Positions 1 through 11,676 of a DNA stretch of 64,000 bases are shown here, piece after piece (within the stretch, counting starts at the first letter, position 1; every line of letters starts with the position of its first letter). The DNA is from Epiperipatus broadwayi (taxonomy: Eukaryota; Animalia; Onychophora): positions 12,710,001 through 12,774,000 of the forward strand of contig JAQFVV010000005.1 of the NCBI GenBank assembly GCA_028023455.1, read 5' to 3'. The translations under genes and the position numbers were made by a program. The notes beneath the pieces are model-generated. The model was given only the letters and a program-made list of their open reading frames with translations. It searched no databases and was not told where the DNA came from.

Positions 1-637
1 AAAATATATTTATTCGGATGTCTTTTTAGTTATTGGTGTCAATGCGGGCATCTTACGACGAATGCTATTGGGTTACTTAAAAATTTCCCTCTGCAATTGA
101 CGGTATCAATGACTTTGTATTTTGATCGTTTATGTTTATTTTGAAATGTTTTTAACCGTGTAATCTATGTAACCGATCTATACTCAACATTATAAAACAA
201 ACTTTTATAAACCCATCTGTGCGAACTTATAAAAATTAAAATGTAAATTTATAAAAATTAAATGTAAATTAAAATCTAGAATAAAAGTTAAAAATGTAGT
301 TACATGCTAAAGTAAACATATAAAATAATAATGCTAAATTTTATATATATATATGTGCATAAATAAATATTTTATGTGTTAATTACTGGCAGTGGCTTAT
401 TTTATTCTTTTTTAAAAATATTCTTAGATAAGAATTAATAAAATATATTATTATAAATATAAATCTCTGCTACTCCCTGAACTAGTGACAATGGGCTAAT
501 GACCGGAATCAACCAATAATTTTTTTTAAAAAAAAAACTTAAGTATCTGCCTACTATATAAATTTTTCTAGATTCAAATGCCTAGATGGCGCCCTGTAGT
601 GCAGATCACGTTAAGAGTTATTCTTTGGATCCTTACA
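1..637 (+). mobile_element. 3' part of a diverged LTR of the same family as the arms of the 7502-11672 palindrome
   Basis: 1-235 aligns by eye to ~8440-8670 and 240-610 to ~9200-9510 (e.g. gtatctgcctact..ataaatttttctag..caaatgcctagatgg); ends in TTACA at 633-637. Confidence 0.75.
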
Positions 638-699
638 ACTTTACCTAAATCTACAATTGTCTTTTTCTTTTTCACTCACTTTTGATACTTGTATAATTA

Positions 700-1700
700 G
701 TGTTATTCCAGCTTATGATCCTTGAACAGGAGAGTTAATAGATGCAATTGCATCCAGTTTAGGTTATACCTGGACATAACATCTCTATTTTCTTTTTCCA
801 AAATAATCATGTCAAGCTTATTAATCATAAAATTATCAATAAAGGTATCTAAATTCTTTGACAAATTTTTCTTTAAGATGTTATAACAGCACATAATTAA
901 CAAATTGGAGTCTCTAAATATAATTCATTAAAACAAGCAAGAACTATGTATTCTTCCTCTAGTAATTCTGAACAAACTTAAATATAAACAACCAGGAATA
1001 ACACCTCTGGTATCTATATTTCATTGGTAAGCCTAAGTATTTCTTATCTGGAACCATATCAAAATATGCACACATTCCTGATCCAAGTATAATAACAAAT
1101 TTTTTTACATGGAACTAAATTATATCTTTTAATCCAATGGCTCTTTAAAATAAATATGTGCTTAAAATATATTCATGCATTACCTAATAAAGAATCTTCA
1201 AGGAAATACAATCTATTCCCTTTCAATCAACATATTTAATATTATCAATAACAAATCAGGCAATGGATTTAAAATGCTAGATTATCCATTGGGCCATTAC
1301 ATTTATTTAAATCCATTTATTGAACATTATTGGGTTATTATATTTGTTCATATCTATTTAATGCATATTTCAAGTTACAGATCTATTACAGATTTTCTTT
1401 ATCTCAAATTGTTAAAACAAAAAAAATTGTCTTATAAATATAAAACGTACTATCAAATAACAGCTGATATACTTTCTAGAAAATTTTTTAATTGATTAAT
1501 TATAGTGTTTCAGTTGGTATAAATTTCAAAGCTCATACTTTTCCTTTCACTGGTATAAGTTTATTGAGATACCATCTTAAGGTGACCGAACTATTTAACA
1601 GTGGTTTTATCTAGACTCATATTTTCTTCTCAGGGGTATAAGTTTGAATCTTACAATTGGGAATCTAATATTGTAATGATACAATAGCACATATTTGGTT
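700..1700 (-). mobile_element. Possible highly decayed piggyBac-like transposase remnant
   Basis: Broken frames give LYP*EENMSLDKTTVK*FGHLK and INKLDMII...WMQLHLL, loosely like piggyBac YTPxxxxSIDE...GxL and GVDKLDQ...W...HLL motifs; many stops. Confidence 0.3.
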
Positions 1701-2659
1701 ATTGGAAAAAGTACATAGTAATAAAGAAACAATAATTATTATTTAAAAATTGATTATAATCCAGCTGTTATTTCTAATTTTTGAATGCCATTCAAGTCAG
1801 AATGCTTAGCCATTACATATTTATGCTACTTCTTCCTATCTTGGTACATTAACATTACAGTCAGCTCATGAGGCAAACATTGAATGTTATATTGATGATA
1901 ATAAAGAGAATGTGTTGAACTAATGTTATAAACACACATAATATCTGTCATTCATAGAACTAAAAAATAAATGAAATCGAGACCAAAGACCATGTTGGCG
2001 ATTGATAATAACAATATACATTTTTATTGCAGTTTTCAGTAGATAACATGAATACTGTAAAATATAAATTAAATTAACAATGAGACAATAAGTAAATAAA
2101 TAAATACCTCGTGTATAACCTATTACACTGTCCTTTTATTTGTTGAAATTTATTTTATAATTCTATCCTTATATTTATACTTTATATCTCTCCGCAAAAG
2201 TAAATAATAAATGAATTGAAAACCATTTTCATAAATGACAAATAAATCCACTCTCACTACTAAAATTCATTCAAACATGTAAAGTGAATTGCAAACATGT
2301 GAAACAATAACATACCCTATTTATATTTTGCATACCAATTAATGTCTTTATATATATTTGCTTATCATATATAATTTATATTGATTTATTAAATGTTTCA
2401 GTTATGACCCCGAGTTGAAATTTTGTATAATTATATGAAACTAATCTTACAAAACCCTCTTATAAATTACTCAAGTTGAATATATTTCATAAATATATAA
2501 ATCACTTTCTCTGACATGAAATTAATTTTATTTCCTGCAAAGTAGAAAACATCTTTGTCTTATCAGGAATACTTATATTTCTTACTTTGCTGTTAATCAA
2601 ATATTCTTTTTACAGCCTTTCTACTTAACATAAAAAATAAATACTGTTCTATATTTAGA

Positions 2660-2960
2660 AAGAAATTTACTGTTAACTAAAAGGAGTCCTTTTGATTTCT
2701 CTTGGAGATCTTAAAAGAATTGAGTGAGGCATTCTCAATGTTTACTCAATACATTCTTATGATTGCAGTTGTTATTGATACGTGATTATTCTTAAATCTT
2801 ACAAATATGGATGGGCTGCTCATCAACTTGCATTAGATAGTTGGGGCTAAATTGTTTATTGGCATTTTTCCTTCTGAGTTTAAAGTAAAGAAATATCGTC
2901 TTCTCAATTGGCTGACAGCTCTTAACTAAAATATCAAAGTTTTCTAGAAGGCAGAATGAA
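2660..2960 (-). mobile_element. Decayed LINE RT fragment (homologous to 38480-38720)
   Basis: DILVKSCQPIEKTIFLYFKLRRKN here versus DILVKNCQATKKKDQFLDLKLRGKK at 38.6 kb; shared DNA tcttaactaaaatatca. Confidence 0.45.
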
Positions 2961-3024
2961 TATGGGTGCGAATGATTTTTTTTTTTAATAGATATTTAGA
3001 ATCATGATAGACAATAATAAATCA

Positions 3025-3605
3025 TGGTCCTTATTCCCAGGAAGTTGCAATGATTGGTAGCTGAAGATGCAGGATGCTAAAAATCTCCTGATTGCAGACC
3101 CAGGCTGTCCTTTGATGATGACTTTTTGTTTAAGTACTTGTAATTGCAGATCACTTTTAACTGGAGAAAGATTACAAGAATTGAAAAACTGTTTAATATT
3201 AAATGGGACATTATTGAACTTTGTTATGTTAGAAGGAAAGGTGAAGAGACTATTGATTTAAAAAAGTGATATAAACTGTGTGACAAAACATAAATATTGT
3301 AGATACAAATATATTTTAGAAATAACAGAGATAATTAAATAAAATACATGGATGAGAAAACAAGCAAGTATCATTGATGCCATTGACAGAATTCAGAGGC
3401 TGAAATGAAATTGGACTAGATATTTGATTAGAAGAAAATAATAACAGTAAGTGAATACCTTAAATTTGATTTTAAAAGACTTCAAAAGACCTAGAAAAAG
3501 ACTATATGTGAGGTTGATGGATTATATAAAATACATTACTGAAATAATATGAAGAAAATAAATTATGGATTAAAAGAAATTTATAGAAATGAGATAAGAG
3601 TTAAT
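3025..3605 (+). mobile_element. Internally deleted RTE-clade LINE (endonuclease start joined to 3' end)
   Basis: TCNCRSL..GERLQEL..IKWDIIELCYVRRKGEE (APE N-terminus, frameshifted), then WMRKQASIIDAIDRIQRLK*NW, matching the RTE C-terminus at 45696-46313. Confidence 0.75.
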
Positions 3606-4327
3606 TGTTTAAATTAAATATATTAAAAGGATAGCTGATAATGGCAATCCCCACCCCCCACTCCAGAATATGTCATATCTAATTATCTTATTTGCTTTGT
3701 AATCAAAAAACGTTAAATGCTTACAAATATGGACATAATTAGAATGTCATGAATTAATTAGTCAGAAAGAAGTTCAGAATATTTAAATTAGTTCATTTAT
3801 TTTTATTCTTTTTGTAAATATAGGGGATTTGAACACAGACTTTCAAGCACCCTTCAACTATTCACATTATCTTTTTATAAATAATTAAAAATAAATAAAC
3901 AGGACTTATAATAACCATTTTTAAAGTTATATTTAAAATGATCTGGAATGCATAATTTTAAAGCAATTTTTTTAATAATGAACCAAAAGAGAAGTTGAAA
4001 GTTGATTTTTATTTAGCAAAAAGTCCTTCGTCTATTTACAAAGACTCTTTCATGGGAATCCCTTGTAAGTATATATACTACTAAAATTTTTTTAAAACCC
4101 TGGCATAGTTTAGTGAAGTGATAAAGTCTCAGATTCTGGACCATACCATCCTTGATCAGAACAGATTTTAAAAGTTCTGGCACTTCCAGCACCGAACTTC
4201 TAATGGACTGCCAAATAATAAAAACATATGTTTATCTATTTTTTTAAAAGAAAAAATACCTTCTAGCAATAGTTTTTAAACTATTTTATCATGTGATGTT
4301 TATATTTTGATTTAATAACTGTATGGC

Positions 4328-4804
4328 TGCTATGTCTTAGTTTAATTAAGTTTAACCAGTAAGATAGCAATAAATACAATTTATTCTCATTTAAAATTCT
4401 ATATATTTTAATAACTACTTTCAACAACATGGACATACAATTATAATATAAAATAAACACACAAGATTTCATTTAGTTTATTTACATACTAATATAAACA
4501 ATGTTCGCTATTTACCAGTCCTTATTTCATGCCTTGCCACAGTAGCCATTTTATCTACTGTTGTTTTCTTTGCTACAGATTTCATATTATCCTAAAGGCT
4601 GTGCACTGGTAACATCCTGGGAACTGAGAGCGATAAATCTCTGCCACCAGTTTTATACTATACCCATTTTATCGGGCATATATCCTGGAAACCATAATTG
4701 ACAGCAGTGCTCTCTTTATATTTGTGTGGAGAAGAATTTACATTATGAGGTAAGTACAATGCCACTATTTATCACAAATCAAACGTATATACATATATAT
4801 AGCA
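4328..4804 (-). repeat. 3' LTR of the Mag-like element
   Basis: Direct repeat of 12830-13300 (roughly 93% identical by eye); preceded on the minus strand by the polypurine tract AGAGTGGGGGAAGGAC. Confidence 0.95.
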
Positions 4805-4899
4805 GTCCTTCCCCCACTCTAGTAATACATATTGCATTAGTTTACTATATAGTCCTTAAATTTAACTGGTGGTTTCCGTATTCAGGAAATTTTAGGGCT

Positions 4900-7497
4900 A
4901 TCATTTCTATTTTCCCTTTGTACTCTTGGTGAGTCCAGTTCTTGCTCTGTCATTTCATCTTCAGTCAGTTCTGGCTCATCTTTCTTCCTATTTTCTTCTT
5001 TAGTCGGTCCCTTCATGATATGATTCATTTCCGGCCATATAGCTTCATCTTCCTTTGTTTTGTGATGGCAAAGGTGCTTTATATGTTTTCTCAACACTTT
5101 TCCACTTTTCTAACTCAATTAGACAAATTTGTTTATGCAATGACTGGTTTACAACTCCTGGATTCTGTTTGTGTTTTAAAATACCCAACACCCACACACA
5201 ATCACCTGGCAAAAACTTTTACCACTTTGGTATTATTATTATTATTTCTAGTGTTTCCAGGTAGTAGCTTTGTCAAATGGGTCCTGAATGTCCAACACAT
5301 CAATAGCTCCATCGGAGTTTTACCCATTGCAGTGTTTGGAGTAAAATGTTCAGCATACATAGCCTGTATCAAAGCATCTATGTTTTTGTTCTGCAATTTT
5401 TTTAATGGTTTTTTTTAAGTGTTGTACTCCTTGTTCCACTATTCCATTGCTTTCAGGATGGTATGGGAATGTAAGAAGGTGTTTAATTTCTCCTTTGTTT
5501 AGAAAAGCCATAAATTTTCTTGAAGTGAAACCTGAACGTTGTCTGTCGCAATAGTTTCTGGATAGCCATGTGTGGCAAATAGTTCATTTCACTCTTAGAA
5601 GGTACAGTCCACACTAGTATCCTTAACTATTCTAAACTCTGTCCGTAGAGAAAAAGCATCAATCACTAATAGCATCAGGTGTCCATCTCATCGGGCAATG
5701 TGATCCAGATGAATATGTGTCCATGGAGACTTAGGGGTTACCATGTTTCGTAATGCTTTAGTGGTAATCTGGCCACTTTGACAGTTACCTGCAATTTTTT
5801 ACTTGGATCTCTATTTCATTTGTTAAGTTTGGCCACCATACATATGACCATGTGAGGGCTTTCATTCATACCACTTGTGGGTGTCCTTGATGAAGTAGGT
5901 TTAGGACTTGAGGCCCACCTTCAATAGGGACTAATACTGTCATTATTTAAGATGCATCCATCACACACAAAGTTTATCCATAGCTATCCAGATAGCTTTG
6001 TTTAATTCACTAGGGCATTTCTTTGGCCACCCATTTCTGATCCATTTTATGAGCTGTACATAACCATTTTTTCTTATCCATTCCCTTATAGTCATATTAT
6101 TTATCTCATTTGACTGTAATGTGTCAATGTAGTTTATCTCTTTAGTTTGGAACACCCTTTCTGTGGTGTCTGGCAGCCTAGACAAAGCATCTGCGATTGT
6201 TTTCCAGATTTGTAGATTAGCTTATAGTCATATTGTGACATCAAGTTTGTCCATCGCACCATATGTTGTCTTGGGGGTTCTATAGGTTCATTTTCACTGT
6301 GAAAAATCTCTGTTAAGGGGTGATTATCTGTATAGATGTGAACTTATGGCCATACTCATATTGGTGGAATTTTTTTGCCGCAAAAGTCATGGCCAATGCT
6401 TCCTTGTCTATCTGGCTATAATTTTTTTCTGCAACTGTCAATACTCTTGACACGAATACTATTGGACATTCCCCTTCATAGCATGGGTGCAATATGATGC
6501 TACCACACCATACTCGGATGCATTGGTCATGATGTTCACTGCCCAGTCACTTCAGTAATGTACCAGTAGTGCTTCTGAAATTAATAAGTCTTTTGCAGTT
6601 TTAAAAGCATTCTCCTGTGCATCAGTCCAGATATATTGCTGTTTTTTTTTTACAACATGTTTTTGGGTTTCTTAGCATTTTTTATCACCTTTACTTTTTC
6701 AGGATCAGGTTTTCGACCATTTTCATTTATTATGTATACCAGGAACTTGATTTCTTGAGCTGACCAAATGCATTTATTAACATTAAGCTTTGCTTTGGCC
6801 TGAGCAAACCTGATCTACCAGTTTCTCAAGTTCTGCCTCAGTTGCATCAATAATTAAAATGTCATCTAAATAAGGTATAACTCCTTCCATAGACCTGAAT
6901 AGCATGTCCATTTTAGCCTGAAATATATTTGGAGCAATGGTTGTCCCATATGGCAATTTATTACATGTGTATAATCTCTTATGCATGGTCAGTGTAAGTA
7001 ATTTGGATGTACCTTTTGTTACTGGGATCTGGTGGAAAGCTGCTCTTAGATCAATTTTTGCAAAATACTTGCCTTTCTGTAATGATGCCAGTATTACTTT
7101 TATGCTTGGGACCGGGTATGCACCTTTGTTTATATATTTGTTGATCGTAACTCTATAATCCCCGCATAATCTTATATTACCATCTGGTTTTATTATGGTT
7201 ACAATAGGAGTATCCCAGGATGATTCTTCAGTGGGTCTTAATACTCCTTTTGATACTAAATCCATTATTGCCTTTTCTACTCTCTCCCTCATCGCAAATA
7301 GTACTTTTCTGGGCTTACATACAATGGCTTTGGCTTCTGGTACTAATTCTATGTCTACTGGTCTTGTTCTAAATTCTGCTGGGTCTGATGTAAACAGTTC
7401 CGGATATTTTTTTATATTTTTTTTTCTATACGGACAGTCTTTAGTACCCAATGGGGCAAACCAGTTTCTATCCAATAATGGACTGTCTTTATTAACT
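4900..7497 (-). pseudogene. Mag-like pol: RT, RNase H, integrase (disrupted)
   Basis: ORF 6783-7475 has RLCGDYR, KIDLRAAFHQI, KLPYG and YLDDILI; RNase H ..YSQIDKEALA..FHQY near 6400; integrase HPESNGIVEQ near 5440. Confidence 0.95.
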
Positions 7498-7501
7498 ATA
7501 T

Positions 7502-10500
7502 TGTAATGATATATAAATATGTCGTTATATTAATTTAAAATAAAAACTTAAAAGTTCGCAAATAAAAGTAAAAAACTAAACGCTAAAATTAAAATGTTTG
7601 TTAAACGTATATACATTCGCACAGATGCCAAACTTTAAAAATATTTTTTTTAAAAAAACAAATAAATAAGTATTTGAACGTACTTTTTTATATAAAAAAA
7701 AGTACAAGATTTAAAAATAAAAACAGGTATTAATTAATTCTTGTAATCTGTAAATGGAAATGATTGTTTATAAATTGTTTGAAAATCAAGCTAGCCTTGG
7801 GCTCTTGTATAATTAAAATGGTCTGATGAAAGATAGATAAGAAAATAAAGAGAAATTAGCTTGATCAATGGAAGCACTAAGCCTTGGCTCGGACCCTAAC
7901 GAAAGTGATGGATTAGTGACGTTTTATTGATTGAATCTGTGTGGATGATATAAAAAGGGAAATATAGTTTTTTCTGACAGTTCCAGCGTTTTGTGTTTGA
8001 GAGATGTGGTAGGACGCACATACCACACTCTCTATAAAAAAAATGAAAAGACTGTGATACCTTGAACCAGCTATTGCCATCTCCAGAACATTATCTTCCA
8101 ATGGAGGCATTGCGGGAATTAAAAGCAGAAACATGGACTCTTCTACCGTGAGCTATGAACTTTACAAAGTAACAACAAAAAAAAAGTAATTAAGAACTTT
8201 CGTCAATGTTTCTTTTTTAAAGATTCAGCTAATTTAAATTTTAAAATGAACTCTTATTTGATTTTCAAATTAATAATTGATTGTTTTATATAGTTAAGTT
8301 TTGCTAAAATCATTTCCATTTTATTATTATTATTTGTAGTAATATTTATTGTAGAAATTATTAAATGCATTACATTTAAGTTGGGTATAGACGTTGCAGA
8401 GATTCGTTAGCGGTTGATTATGTTGTGGTTTTCACAGTCGATTAGAATATATAAGTCAACAATGCCACTGCGGTGTCTTATGATGAACACCAAAGGGTCT
8501 CCTGTATTCCCTCAGCAATTGACGTTACCGATTGACTTTGTATTTTGATCGGTTGTGTTTAATTTGGAATGTTTTTGACTGTGGAATCTGTGCAGCCGAT
8601 CTATACTCGACATTATAAAACAAATTGTATAAAAATAATCTATGCGAATGTATTTAAATGTTAAATTTAAGTCGGGCGTGAATGGCTATATAGTTTTGTA
8701 AAGTTATATTAAGGGAGGGTAATCTTAGGTTATTCATTTCGTAGTTGAATTGGTTCAATGGATTGGATATATTTGTGTAATTGTAGATGTAGTATGAGAT
8801 CCGCTATGGGCAGGAGTATATATATATGCCACACACCTTCTGTTTGCCTATGGATGGGTTTTTAAGACGGCAAAGGACCGCATCCATTCCTATGGAGTTT
8901 TATGTTTATTGTTCTACTCGCCAACAGATGTAACATTCCTGTTGGTGGAGAGACAATGTCTTCTCTAATTCTACTTACTGATCAGATGTACATTTCTGAC
9001 AGTATAGTATTTTGTGTTGTCGTATTTTCATGCTACATTGAATACATAAATGTATCAGATAAATTGGCGCTGGTTTGATTGCGAAATTTGTTGCCTAAGT
9101 TTAAATCAGGGAAGAATATTTTCTTTTCAAATGCAGATCTATGTAGTCCATTCATACCCGACTCACTAAATAAATATTAAACTCATGGTTGTAATTTACT
9201 TAAATGTAAAACTAAAGATTAATAGAAAAATCTAAAATGTTGAATTTATTCCTCAAAATTTAAATGTTATTTTATATGTGCGTAAATAAATATTTTTATG
9301 TGTTAATTTCTGGCAGTGGCTTTTATTTATTTATATTTAAGATATAAATTAAGATATAGATTTTTATCTCTGTGTCTCTCCACTGAGCTGGTGACTTGGG
9401 CTAACGATCTGAATATTTAAATAAAGTGGAATCTTAACAGCACGTATCTGCCTACTCTATAAATTTTTCTAGGTTTAAATGCCTAGATGGTGCCTTGTAG
9501 AGCAGATATCATAGTTTGCAGTTAGATTCGATCTTCACTTTCATTTCGATGATTATAACTGGTGCCCAACGTGGGGCTCGAACCCACGACCCTGAGACTA
9601 AGAGTCTCATGCTCTACCAACTCGAAATGAAAGTGAAGATCGAATCTAACTGCAAACTACGATATCTGCTCTACAAGGCACCATCTATGCATTTACACCT
9701 AGAAAAATTTGTAGAGTAGGCAGATACGTGCTGTTAAGATTCCACTTTATTTAAATATTCAGATCGTTAGCCCAAGTCACCAGCTCAGTGGAGACGCAGA
9801 GATAAAAGTCTATATCTTAATTTATATCTTAAATATAAATAAATAAAAGCCACTGCCAGAAATTAACATATAAAAATATTTATTTACGCACATATAAAAT
9901 AACATTTAAATTTTGAAGAATAAATTCAACATTTTAGATTTTTCTATTAATCTTTAGTTTTACATTTAAGTAAATTACAACCATGAGTTTTAATATTTAT
10001 TTAGTGAGTCGAGTATGAACAGACTACATAGATCTGCATTTGAAAAGAAAATATTCTTCCCTGATTTAAACTTAGGCAACAAATTTCGCAATCAAACCGG
10101 CGCCAATCCATCTGATACATTTATGTATTCAATGTAGCATGAAAATACGACAACACAAAATACTATACTGTCAGGAATGTACATCTGATCAGTAAGTAGA
10201 ATTAGAGAAGACATTGTCTCTCCACCAACAGGAATGTTACATCTGTTGGCGAGTAGAACAATAAACATAAAACTCCATAGGAATGGACTGCGGTCCTTTG
10301 CCGTCTTACAAACCCATCCATAGGCAAACAGAAGGTGTGTGGTGTATATATATAATCCTGCCTGTAGCAGATCTCATACTACATCTACAATTACACAAAT
10401 ATATCCAATCCATTGAACCAATTCAACTATGAAATGAATAACCTAAGATTACCCTCCCTTAATATAACTTTACAAAACTATATAGCCATTCATGCCTGAC

Positions 10501-11672
10501 TTAAATTTAACATTTAAATACGTTCGCACAGATTATTTTTATACAATTTGTTTTATAATGTCGAGTATAGATCGGCTGCACAGATTCCACGGTCAAAAAC
10601 ATTCCAAATTAAACACAACCGATCAAAATACAAAGTCAATCGATAACGTCAATTGCTGAGGGAATACAGGAGACCCTTTGGTGTTCATCATAAGACACCG
10701 CAGTGGCATTGTTGACTTATATATTCTAATCGACTGTGAAAACCACAACATAATCAACCGCTAATGAATCTTGCAACGTCTATACCCAACTTAAATGTAA
10801 TGCATTTAATAATTTCTACAATAAATATTACTACAAATAATAATAATAAAATGGAAATGATTTTAGCAAAACTTAACTATATAAATTTAAACAATCAATT
10901 ATTAATTTGAAAATCAAATAAGAGTTCATTTTAAAATTTAAATTAGCTGAATCTTTAAAAAAAACATTGACAAAAGTTCTTAATTACTTTTTTTGTTGTT
11001 GTTGTTAATTTGTAAAGTTCATAGCTCACGGTAGAAGAGTCCAGGTTTCTGCTTTTAATTCCCGTGACGCCTCCATTGGAAGATAATGTTCTGGAGATGG
11101 CAATAGCTGGTTCAAGGTATCACAGTCTTTTCATTTTTTTTTTATAGAGAGTGTGGTATGTGCGTCCTACCACATCTCTCAAACACAAAACGCTGGAACT
11201 GTCAGAAAAAACTGTATTTCCCTTTTTATATTATCCACACGGATTCAATCAACAAAACGTCACTAATCCATCACTTTCATTAGGGTCCGAGCCAAGGCTT
11301 AGTGCTTCCATTGGTCAAGCTAATTTCTCTTTATTTTCTTATCTATCTTTCATCAGATCATTTTAATTATACAAGAGCCCAAGGCTAGCTTGCTTTTCAA
11401 ATAATTTATAAACAATCATTTCCATTTACAGATTACAAGAATTAATTAATACCTGTTTTTATTTTTAAATCTTGTACTTTTTTTTTATAAAAAAGTACGT
11501 TCAAATACTTATTTGTTTTTTTAAAAAAAATATTTTTAAAGTTTGGCATCTGTGCGAATGTATATACGTTAAACAAACATTTTAATTTTAGCATTTAGTT
11601 TTTTACTTTTATTTGCGAACTTTTAAGTTTTTATTTTAAATTAATGTAACGACATATTTATATATCGTTACA
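7502..11672. mobile_element. 4171-bp palindromic insertion: inverted dimer of a ~2-kb LTR with a tRNA-Lys copy at the apex
   Basis: Arms 7502-9549 and 9622-11672 are reverse complements (about 96% identical in a 300-bp sample); outer termini TGTAA...TTACA; 4-bp TSD ATAT (7498-7501 and 11673-11676); removal restores gypsy TTG TAT ATA GTT (LYIV). Confidence 0.93.
9560..9622 (-). tRNA. Reverse-transcribed fragment of mature tRNA-Lys(CTT), nt 14/15-76 including CCA (not a functional tRNA gene)
   Basis: Minus strand (A)GTTGGTAGAGCATGAGACTCTTAGTCTCAGGGTCGTGGGTTCGAGCCCCACGTTGGGCACCA versus the conserved metazoan Lys-CTT sequence: 3 mismatches (positions 17, 38, 73); 5' acceptor strand and 5' D-stem missing; CCA encoded. 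Confidence 0.92.
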
Positions 11673-11676
11673 ATAT

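Noticed and set aside
9560-9622. Functional tRNA-Lys gene
   Set aside because: The first 13-14 nt are missing, so there is no acceptor stem or complete A box, and CCA is encoded; it is a cDNA fragment.
9516-9719. 67-aa ORF spanning the palindrome apex
   Set aside because: Chance frame across LTR end, tRNA complement and inverted arm; no protein motif.
7502-11672. Assembly or amplification artefact (chimeric hairpin)
   Set aside because: Arms differ by about 4% with a CpG-biased pattern, and the insertion has an exact TSD that restores the host codons; artefacts would give identical arms. Long-read confirmation is still advisable.
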